DNA of 64,000 bases from Mantamonas sphyraenae STR306 (Eukaryota > Protista > CRuMs), in NCBI GenBank assembly GCA_026936335.1, contig JAPMXV010000051.1:62001-126000 (forward strand). The letters run 5' to 3'. Below, in pieces: positions 51,301-60,719 of this stretch (position 1 is the stretch's first letter; each line of letters starts with the position of its first letter). The notes under the pieces were generated by a model, which was given only the letters and a program-made list of their open reading frames with translations, searched no databases and was not told where the DNA came from. The translations under genes were made by a program, and so were the position numbers.

Positions 51301-54300
51301 ACCAACGAGTCGGCCCACGGGGTTGGTTACTTGAGAGTGAGCAAGAAGCGGGGGAGGGCACGTGGCACGATGGGCAACGGCGTTTTTGAGTGCCTGTGGA
51401 CGGATTTGGCGCAGAGATTTTTCCATTTCGACGCTGAAGCGTGTGAACTGGAAGAGAGGGTGCGAAACGGGCTACAAAGCAAGCACAAGCGTGAGCGCAC
51501 AGGGGCCAAGAAGTTGGCCAACCAGAACGGCATGAAGCCACTGGTAGCTTCGGTGGAACAGCAACGCAAGGCATCGGCGGAGTCGCGTGAGAAGTACGAC
51601 CAGCTGCGCCAAGACGAAGTCGCGGTTACCAAGAAGATGAAGGGTGCAATTGAGCTGTGCGGCGCATTGAGCGAGGACGATGTTCCAAACGACTTGCTGT
51701 GCGAGCTGGCGCAGGACGGAGGGCTAGATGCTCTTGTGGTGCCAACCGTATCCAAGTGGCAGAAGGAGGAAGAAATGCGTGCTGGCACACGCCTGCTCGA
51801 GTGTGCTGCGCGGGTGTTCAACGTCGTGCTGGCCACTGGCGTGAACAACATGGCGGGCATGATCACGGATGCGGCAAATGGCGGCGGTGCGGCGAACGAT
51901 GGCCTGTTTGGAGATCAAAACGTCATCAACAGGTTCTTCACGTGCGTGGGCGAGGGCATCCGTGACATATACCGCGGGAAGATCACGACCATGTGGCTCG
52001 ACACGTCTGAACAGGGGTGGGCAGTGCGTGCTTCTCACTTCAAAATCGAAGACAACGGCGACAATCGCACAATCGTCCCAGTGTTGCAAACCAGGATGAG
52101 TACAAGGCGACGGGTGGAGACCTCTTCATCCTCGTCGTCGTCTTCGTCGTCGGCTTCGTCGTCCTGTGTGCTACTGGTGAGCTCTGTGGCGCTGGAGTGG
52201 AAAGGAAAATACGTGATGTTGAAGGAGGCGCTGGGGCGGTACAACGACTACGACGAGATGGAACAGGCCATGGACGGGGCCAGCGCGATGCATGGGGACG
52301 TCAGGGTCAAGTGGACCGGCATCGTGTCAGCAATGGCCACACATGCGGCGGCCGAAATGCAATTGGACGCGATTGTTGCGGCGGCGGCAACAAAGGAGTT
52401 GACACGCACGCAGGTGCTGCTGGTTCTGTGCAAGTACTATGGAATAGGAATGGGTTTGATGCGCAGAACGCTGAAAAGGAGCGAGCTGTGGCAGTCTGCG
52501 ACGTTCAAAAAAGCCAAGCGCAAAATCAAGAAGACGAAGGCGCAACAGCGGCAGAAGGGAAAGGTCAAGGGAAAGGGAACGAAGAAGGTCAACCCCAATG
52601 CCAATGGAAAAGGCAAAGAGCACGCAAGGAAACGGAGTCGATCGAACAATGGCAAGGAGGAAGCCAGCGACGGCAACACAGGAACCAGCTCCAGCAAGCG
52701 AGCCCGTGTGGACGACATCGTCGATGATACCATCCCAGAAGCCGTGCGTGAATGGCTGGAGAATGACATGGACACATCCACGCACACGGTGGTCACCGAG
52801 ATTTGCACAAAGATCGCCAAGTTGGGCATCAAGAAGTCTCTCTTCTTCGCACGCGGCCCGACAAGCAAAAAGGGTACGTTGACGACAGAGCTGGCAAAGT
52901 ATCTAGCCAAGCGGATCGCCAAGGGCTCTACGCGCGGCCTCCGCAGCCGACAGAGCATGGTCGACGGAGTTGCTCTCTCAGGCACGCTGATGGCATCCCT
53001 CCTCGGCAAAGGACGGAACGCAAGCAACATGGACACGGAGAAACTGACTGAGGAGGAACAAGGGAGTGGGTTGCTGGCAACACTGCGTGAATACGGCCCG
53101 TGGGACAAGGCGTCGCTGCACAATTACGTCCGAGACGAGCAAGACAACCTGGTGCGCATAGCCCCGTGGCTTCGTGACTCACAGAACAAGTATGCGCGAG
53201 TGGATGCGTGTGGCAACGTGTTGGACAACGACGAGGACATGCAGGAGCGGGCCACCGACTTCTGGTCGTCCGAGGTGGTCATTGCGGCATTGCTGGTCCC
53301 TGGAATCGCAAGCATGGCTTCACGGGCACTCCTGTGCGCCACTGGCACACTGCAAGTCACAGGGAGCGTCATCCGTCTGCTACGTTATGACTGCGGCAAG
53401 GCGAACGTCGTTATGCCGGAGTCGAGAGTGAAAAAGTACGGGCTCACCCTGGCCGACGTTGTGGTACCAGCTAGTCGGTCGCTGGGCTGGTTGAAGGATG
53501 ATCTACCCTCTACTTGGTCAAAGAAACAACTCGTGCTGTTCTGTGCGCGCTGCATGCTCCTGACGGGCGAGCTTCCTGAGGCCCTTGGTGACAAGGTCCC
53601 TGACGGAGTCCTGCGGCGCTTTCCACGAGCCTGGCCATACGTTGGTGTTGTCAACCGAAAGCGTACACGCCCACCGTACAGCGACACAGAAGTGCGGTGG
53701 CACAAGGAAGCGCTTGCCGTTGTGGTGATTGCCATTGCGGACACTGGCTCATGGAAGACGCACTGGACGGTTGCACGCCCAATGGAAGGGCGAATGCGAG
53801 GCGCGGATGTGTACGCAGAGAGTGTTACTGTGCCCACACACACACACAAGAAGCGGCTGCACATGTCTGGGCAACGCGGGTTGCAAGCGAGATCGCAGGG
53901 GAGCATTGAGGATCAAGAAATCCGCGCAAAAGTCCGCGTAGGACAGATGAGAGAGGCGCAGAGGCTCAAGTCCAATGTGCGACGTGTGGCGATGGAGCTG
54001 GTTGGTCCGAAGGCAGTGGTTGTCTTTGTGATGGGAAACACGCACGGCTGGCGACGTGGGTCGGGCAACGACGCCAAGACCCGCGACTACTTGGCACGAG
54101 ACGCCGCTGTGTTTCTGCAGAGCGAGCACCGTACGACCAAGTGCTGCTCCAACTGTGGATTTGAGGCGCAAGGGGTTGCCGAGGTGGGGTCGGATTTGCA
54201 AAAATTCGGACGACAAGCAAGCTGCGCATGCAGCGTTTCGTACAACGACCGTACACAGGGCGCAGCATTGCTGGCAACTCTGCAGCGTGCTTCCGGATGG

Positions 54301-54549
54301 CCAATCATGAAGGACCGCGACGTGTCGGCCTGTGAGAACATCCTCGTGGTTTTCCTGACGTGGATGCGCATTGGCACTCGTCCCCCGGCACTCATGTGGG
54401 TCAAGAACAAGGGCAACACCAAATGACTGCCAGTTATGGCACACGGGATCAGGCAGGGCACTTCAATGGTCAACCTATGGTAACTATCCAGAACCAGGTA
54501 ACAGTGGGCGCGAGCAATCGCAAACCCCTGTAGACGTACACGAGTTGAA
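48337..54549 (+). mobile_element. Fanzor-encoding insertion (~6.2 kb) interrupting an LRR gene; no transposase, TIR or TSD recognised
   Basis: Flanked by the two collinear halves of one minus-strand LRR gene (..LAVNS ends at 54550; YHNDIG.. resumes at 48336). Contains a Fanzor-like ORF and a structured 3' end. Boundaries are accurate to a few nt. Confidence 0.8.
48803..54426 (+). CDS. Giant Fanzor-like (TnpB-family) RNA-guided endonuclease, ~1856 aa, 2 exons
   Basis: Intron 49644-49696 (GTAAGT, branch ACTAAC 49663-49668, CAG) fuses ORFs 48803-49774 and 49804-54426 in frame (..LSCLYGRVYYPP..). RuvC-I VIAIADTG (D at 53740); Gly at the canonical RuvC-II site (VVFVMGN); shifted Glu plus Zn finger VFLQSEHRTTKCCSNCG (E at 54124); SCAC; RuvC-III DRDVSACENIL (D at 54319); terminal RPPAL. 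Confidence 0.85.
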
Positions 54550-54570
54550 GCTGTTCACAGCGAGTGCATG
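54427..54570 (+). ncRNA. Candidate Fanzor omegaRNA (scaffold ~54427-54550, guide from the flank ~54550-54570)
   Basis: Hairpins TGCCA-GTTA-TGGCA (54428-54441), ACC/TGGT..ACCA/GGT (54473-54499) and ACAG-T-GGG-C-GCGA-GCAA-TCGC-AAA-CCC-CTGT (54501-54531, GNRA loop). CTTCAA (54461-54466) pairs with TTGAAG (54545-54550) at the element end. Confidence 0.62.
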
Positions 54571-54959
54571 CGCCAACGCCATCCCTCCCATGTCCCCAAT
54601 CGTGTTTGAGCCGAGAAGCACACTGTGCAACGTTGTGTTTGTGCCCAGGGCCTGTGCCAGCGCATGTGCACCCGACGACGAGAGGTGATTCCCCTCAAGA
54701 TATGCCACGCGAACCGTTGTGTTTTCTGCCAGCGCTCTGCTCAGCACAGCCATGCCCGTGTCTCCAATCTCCGCCGTACTGAGATCCAGGGCCTACTCAG
54801 TCGCCAGGTGTGTGAGTGTGTGGTTCCCGGGGGGGGGCGAAGGGGGTGGGGGGGTTCACGAACTTCACCTGCACTCTCCAGTGCTTCCCGAACACTCTCA
54901 TCTGTGGGATCGCTCTGGAGCAGAGTGTTCCAATCTTGTTTGGACAGGGAGTGGCTCAT
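54550..54959 (-). pseudogene. 5' half of LRR family member 3
   Basis: Exon 54959-54864 (MSHSLSKQDWNTLL..ALESAGE), intron 54863-54793, then ALDLSTAEIGDTG..NTTLHSVLLGSNTIGDMGGMALAHALAVNS. LRR periodicity stops abruptly at 54550. Confidence 0.85.
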
Positions 54960-54975
54960 GGGGTTTGTGTGGGTT

Positions 54976-57857
54976 TCATTGCGCAGAACCACTCTTCCTG
55001 GTCCTCCTCACTGCCCTTCGCCTCTGAGCCACTGGGATGGACTTTGGAGATGCACTGCTGCGTCCACCATCCACTTTGCGCTTGCGCGCATCCGAATTCA
55101 ACGCACCCAACCGGGATTCCTGTGCAGCCACCTTGCACTTCACCGCACCCACCCACGCGCGCTCGTCCAAGGTCATCCACCGCACCACACGCTCCATCAC
55201 CTCCTCGGGGACTGTCTCCCACTGCGCTGTGGCCACATACTCCTCCATCCCGCCCGCTGCAAACATCACCTCCCTCTCCGTCTGGTTCATCATCACAGCC
55301 GTCTCCACCTGCACGTCTGCTCCGTACGGAAACAGCCTGTGCACATCCTTTCCCCACTCAATCAATGCCACTCCCAGCTTGCTGTGCATGTTCTTCTGCA
55401 GCCAACCCTCGTTCACTCCAGCATGGGCCATCGCCTCGTACGTCCGCACTCCACGCGCTATCAGCAGACTCCGTGTCGGCTGACCGTTCATCACAACCCC
55501 GCTTGTGTCCACACCGTAGTGCATCATCAGCCGCACCAGATCCTCCCTGTCCTGGTCCGTCGCCCACTGCAGCCACGTGCTGCCGCGGTACTGGACTCCG
55601 TTTGCGTCCATGCCGTGCTCAAGCAGCATCCTTGCGGGACTCTCCCTGGTCAAGTGATCCCCAAGAGCACGATCCCGCTCTGTGGTCCGCGTGTTCAACA
55701 TCGTGGCATCCAGTCCCGCTGCAAAAAGCACTTCCATAAACTGCCGCTTCTGCGCGCCTCTTCGTGCCAGCTGCCGCCACATACTCCCCACGGGTGCTTC
55801 CTCACTGAACCGTGCGCCGTGTGCCACCAACATCTCCATGACGTCCTTGTGGAACACCGCCTTGGGCGACAACACTGCCTCCAGCGCCTCTGCATCCGCC
55901 GTGGCTCCGTGCTCCAGCAGCAGCTCCACAATCTGAGGCTTTCCTTTCATCGCCGCCCGCGTCAGCAATGACATCTCCTTCCCCTCGAACTTCCCTCGCT
56001 CCTCCACATCCGCCCCAGCCTCCAACAGCATCCGTACCGCATCCACAGGTCGCAGCAAGTCTGACACCATGCACCACAACAACGTGTGTCCGTTCGCAAA
56101 CTTCCTCCTCTGCACCTCTCCTGCCTGCAATAGCACCTGCAACGCCTCTGAGTGTGTGGCAAGCGCCTGTGCAACCTCATGCACATGCTCGTTCGATTTC
56201 AGACCCCAGATGTCTGCCCCGGCGACCACCAGCTTTGCGACAACCCTGCGACGTCGCGTGTAGTCCATGCAGTTGCCTACGAGTGCCAGCATCAGTGGAG
56301 TACGGCCTTCCTCCTCCGCCACCTCCAATCCACCGTTCTCCCCCGCCCCTGCCTCCAACAGTGCCTCCACAAGTTCCACATTCCCCAGATTGCACGCATG
56401 GTGCAATGCGCACACCTTTGCGTCGCTCTGTGCGTGTGGATTGGCACCTGCAGCAAGCAGTGCCCGTGCCGCCTCCACTTTACCCTTGCCCACTGCACGG
56501 ATGAGAGGCGTCCCCTCGTTCGCGCCCACTTCGTTCACATCTGCCCCTTCCACGTGTGCCAACACCCACTCCACTGTCTGTGCATTGCCCACGGCAGCAC
56601 TCGCCATCAGCGACCGTCCTTTCGGCCCCCGGTGTCCCAGGTTGGCTCCTGCTTCTGCCAACATCCGCACACATTCCATGTGTCCGTTGCTCAGAGCCAC
56701 TCCCAATGCACTCGTGGAGCCCTCTGGCATCGCATTCACGTCAGCCCCAGCGTCCAGGAGCTGCCGTACCACCCGTGTCGACCCCTTCCACGCTGCGTGC
56801 GACAGGATGGTTTCGCCATACTCGTTCACTGTCTCGTCCACATCCATCCCCATCTCCAACAGGAGCGACACCGTACCTGTGTCGTCGTATTGGCACGCCA
56901 CCGATGCAGGGTTTGCACTGCCGTCGACAGCCACCCTCCAGTCGCCCCCGTGCTGGATCAGCACCTGCACACACGCACTGTCCTTTGCATACGCCGCATG
57001 CAGCATCGCCGTCAATCCCCACAGCCTTGCTTCAGGGCTCGCTCCGGCACAGAGGACAGCGTCTGCAATCTCTGCATCTCCGTTCAACACCGCTGCACAG
57101 AGACTCATGTCTAAATCCTCCTGCTCCAGTTGTTCCCGTGAGGTGGATCCCAGCACCAATGTCACAGCGTCCAAGTCACGTGCCAACACTGCATGCCGCA
57201 GTGACGTGCTTGACTTTGCATCAACCTCCTTCCGGATCACGTTGAAGCACGACTGAAGCAGCTCCGCATCACCAAAGCCCTTTTCGTAGTCACCAATCAG
57301 ACACGTGGTTGACGCGCTTTCCACTTCCTTCTGCTTCTCCGATGCAACCCTTCCCGTTCTATACCGGACGTTGCAGACGGCAAGCACCGTGTGTGCGTAG
57401 TTCCCCAGGGCCTTCATCCCCATGAGTGGCCTTGCCCAACTCCCACTCCGGTCTCCCATCAGTATGACAGCCCCTGCAATGTTTGGAGGCATGGGCTTTG
57501 ACGATGAGTACGAGCTGCCTTTGCTGGTCGAAACCAGCACACACAGCCCACCCCCGACGTCAAACTCCTCCACGCTGATCGTCTCAAGTTGCCGCGGTGC
57601 ATTTGCGGATCCATATCCACCATACCACTTGGGGTTCGTCTCCTTGAACTCTCGTGTGCGCACTTGGGAGCTGGATTCACGGAGGGCTGGGGTGGGATCC
57701 ACGTCAGTTTTCTGGGGGGAAGGGGTGGGAGGGTGGAGGACACACACAGAGGACACACACAGGACACACCATTGATTGCAAGTTGGAAGTCGTCATTGTG
57801 GACATCGCTGGACCTGGCGAGGAGCACGGGGATCATTTGGGAAGAGTTGGATGTCAT
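54976..57857 (-). CDS. Ankyrin-repeat protein with the same C-terminal F-box-like tail (family member 4); 5' end uncertain
   Basis: ORF 54976-57756 has many ankyrin repeats (GLTAMLHAA, GETILSHAA, GTPLIRAV, GRTPLMLAL) and the tail VETAVMMNQTEREVMFAAGGMEEYVATAQWETVPEEVMERVVRW. A first exon from 57857 is tentative. Confidence 0.88.
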
Positions 57858-57934
57858 TGCGCTGCCTCTCCTGGACCTCCTCACAAACAGACCTCCCTCC
57901 ATGGCAACACATGGTTCATTCACACACCAACACA

Positions 57935-58948
57935 TCACAGGTTGACAACCACAGGGCTGCCAGACTTCATGCCATACTTGTCGCACTCAAGAAAGACCCC
58001 GTCGGTGCAGAGCGTGGCCTGGGCCATCTGCGTTGGGTACTGCAGCTGTGTTGCCACTACGTTGTATCCCATCTCCACCACTGTGGTTGCCTCGCTGCCC
58101 AGATCCACGCTCAGGCACACGGGGATGCCCTTGAACATGGCCTGCGACACGACAATGTTCACGTTCTCCAGCACAAAGCTGTGCGCGTTGGACAGGGTGC
58201 GCACCGAAAAGGCCGTCGGATGCACAATGAATCCATTGGCTGGAATGGACGACGGCGTCGGCTGAATGAAACACGGGGCCGCGTTGTCATTGCGCGCGTT
58301 TTGTGCTGCCACAGCCGATGCAGGAATCAGCTGCACAGACACCTCGCCCGTGTACAGGTACGACTCGTCGGAAGGCCCATGGTCGGCTGGCACCGGGCGC
58401 TGCGTCGACACAAGGACAGTCACGGAGCCGTTCATGTGCGGGATGACGGAAAGGGAAAAAAACGAGAACAAAGTGTCAACCGCGTCGCAGGCGCTTCCGT
58501 TCATCTTGCACGCACTCAGGGAGTACCCATTGAGGGCAGTGGAATACGCCGTCAGGTCCACGCCGTCGGGCACAGCCACAGTCGTCTGGATTTCGGCCGT
58601 GCTCACTCGGGTTTTCGAATCATACACTTCGGCGCCCTTGAACACGACACGTGTGCTCAGCATCGACTTGCCTCCAATCATCGCAGAATCCACACGGGTG
58701 TACGCCGTACGGTCGTAGCCATAGGCCCCGCAGCCGTCGACCGTGGCCGGAAACACCGCCGTCGAGTCCTGCAGGAACGAACCAAAGGTGCTGCTGCCCG
58801 AATAGTAGCACACGTAGTAGCGCGGCTGCCACTCGTGTGTGTACCCTTGCCACACGTAGCCGTCGGTGTGGTTGGTCCAGGCGGATGCATGGGCGGTGGT
58901 GACAAAGAGGGCGACCATCATGAGCACTGTGCAGAGACGAGGAGTCAT
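57935..58948 (-). CDS. Secreted Cys/Thr-rich beta-type protein of unknown function (~337 aa)
   Basis: Signal peptide MTPRLCTVLMMVALFVTTAHA after an A-rich leader; no TM anchor; no family recognised. Confidence 0.72.
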   Translation of the reverse strand: MTPRLCTVLMMVALFVTTAHASAWTNHTDGYVWQGYTHEWQPRYYVCYYSGSSTFGSFLQDSTAVFPATVDGCGAYGYDRTAYTRVDSAMIGGKSMLSTRVVFKGAEVYDSKTRVSTAEIQTTVAVPDGVDLTAYSTALNGYSLSACKMNGSACDAVDTLFSFFSLSVIPHMNGSVTVLVSTQRPVPADHGPSDESYLYTGEVSVQLIPASAVAAQNARNDNAAPCFIQPTPSSIPANGFIVHPTAFSVRTLSNAHSFVLENVNIVVSQAMFKGIPVCLSVDLGSEATTVVEMGYNVVATQLQYPTQMAQATLCTDGVFLECDKYGMKSGSPVVVNL

Positions 58949-58996
58949 TCTTTTTTTTGTTTGTTGGCGAAGCGCACAGCACGCGTGGACCCAACA

Positions 58997-60353
58997 ATGA
59001 AGCGGATCTGGAAGGAACTGCTCAACAGTGGCGATGCAGAAGCGTTGGAGGGTGCGCTGGAAGACGTTTGTGACGTAGGTTGTCCGGTATGTTTGTGTTG
59101 AGGGTGGACCAGCTCTGCTCACACCCACGCAGTTGAACCTGGGCAGTCTCCACGTGAACAATGGCCACATGGCCACCCTGTGTGTCGCCTTGGCCATGAA
59201 CAGCACACTGGGCAGCCTGCATTTGGGCACCAACAACCGTGTTGGGGTGGACGGCGTGGCTGCCTTGGTGGACGCCTTGCGGGTCAACCACACACTGCAC
59301 ACACTGCATCTCAAACACGCCAGATTGGGTGACAAGGGTGTCCAGGTGCTTGCATCGGCGTTGGGCGACCACGTGCGTCTGCGGCAGTTGCACCTCGGCG
59401 CAAACTTGATCGGCGGGCACGGAGCCGTGGCCTTGGCACAGGCCCTGCACGTCAATTCAACGTTGCTCAGTTTGGTCTTGGACCACAATTGTGTCGGAGA
59501 CGCAGGTGCGGCTGCGTTGGCAGACGCCCTCGAGTGCAACACCGCGCTGATGGCGCTGAGCGTGGTGAGCAACGGCGTGGGCGACAAGGGCGCGACCGCG
59601 TTGGCCTCTTCTCTCGTGGTCAATTCCACCTTGCAACGCTTGAGCCTCGCATTCAATGCAAACATAGGCGACTCGGGCGCATGCGCATTGGCAGAGACTC
59701 TCCGAGACAATGGGACGCTGCAGGACCTCGTTCTCCTTGGCATCAATCTGTCGGATGCCTTTGCCCATGCCCTGGCCGATTCTCTGTGCGCCAACCACAC
59801 AGTGCAAAGCGTGCAGCTCAGCTTGGATGTAGATATTGGCAAAGACGGGTATGCCCGGCTGGCAGATGCCCTGGAAACCAACTTTGCGTGCAGGAGACTG
59901 GATGGGGTCACAGAACACAACATGCGCAATGCTCGGCTGGGTGCAAGGTTGGTCCAGGCCGCACAGCGGGGAGATACGGTCACAATGGCGCAGCTGAGCG
60001 CGTTGGGGGTGCCTGTGGACACGTGCGCTGGCGAGAGTGGGGAGACGCCGTTGGAGGCTGCGGTGAGGGCTGCCAGGGATGATTCGGTGCAGTGGTTGAG
60101 GTTTGCAGGGGCTCGGGTGCCGTCGAGGATGACTGTGGGGTGGAAGGGCGGGTGGAAGCAGGCGTGGCATTGGATGGTGGGCACAGAGGCGCTCGATGAG
60201 GCCATGGAGGTGGCGTTGGTGATGAATGGGGAGGAGAGAGAGGTGATGTTTGGGTGTGGTGGGATGGAGGCGTATGTGGCGACGTGTGAGTGGTGGACGG
60301 TGCCGGATGAGGTCATGGAGAGGGTGTTGGGATGGATGGGGAGCGGAGGGTGA
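58997..60353 (+). CDS. LRR + ankyrin + C-terminal F-box-like protein (family member 5)
   Basis: Exon 58997-59074 (MKRIWKELL..), intron 59075-59132, RI-like LRRs, ankyrin GETPLEAAV, tail WWTVPDEVMERVLGW. Confidence 0.9.
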
Positions 60354-60719
60354 GTGGTGAACAAGACGGGGCCAATACTCAGCAAGCACAGAGAGAGAGA
60401 GAGGGAGAGGGAAGGCAGCAGACATGATTGTCATTCGCAGAGAATCACTCGTCCCCTCACAAATCAATCCATCGCCGCTCTGACGGCTCCTCGGCAGGAA
60501 GCTGCTTCACAACGTCCTCCACCTCGGTCGTGTCCCCGTTCCGTTTCGTCGACTTCCACAGCTCTCTCACCTCACCTCCTACACTCTCTCCTACTTGTTC
60601 TTGCGCCGCGTCACTTGTGTCTCCATCGATCCAGTCAGAGTTGGCTCGTCCAGCGCCTGGCCGCTCTTCCTACGTCCAACTGGTAGTCACATCCGATCGC
60701 CTGAGGTGTATTCTGCTCC

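Noticed and set aside
48337-54549. Element removed as one large intron from the LRR transcript (GTACGT donor near 54539, CAG at 48339-48337 on the minus strand)
   Set aside because: Donor is phase 1 and acceptor needs phase 0, so splicing would shift the frame. The missing LRR residues would not be restored.
48337-54549. Assignment to Helitron, Mariner, MuDR or IS607 carriers
   Set aside because: No TIRs, TSD, TC..CTRR ends or recognisable Rep/helicase, DDE or serine-recombinase ORF found by eye.
58949-60385. N-terminal ~480 aa of the 816-aa ORF 57935-60385
   Set aside because: Antisense to LRR gene 58997-60353; the real gene starts at ATG 58948 with a signal peptide.
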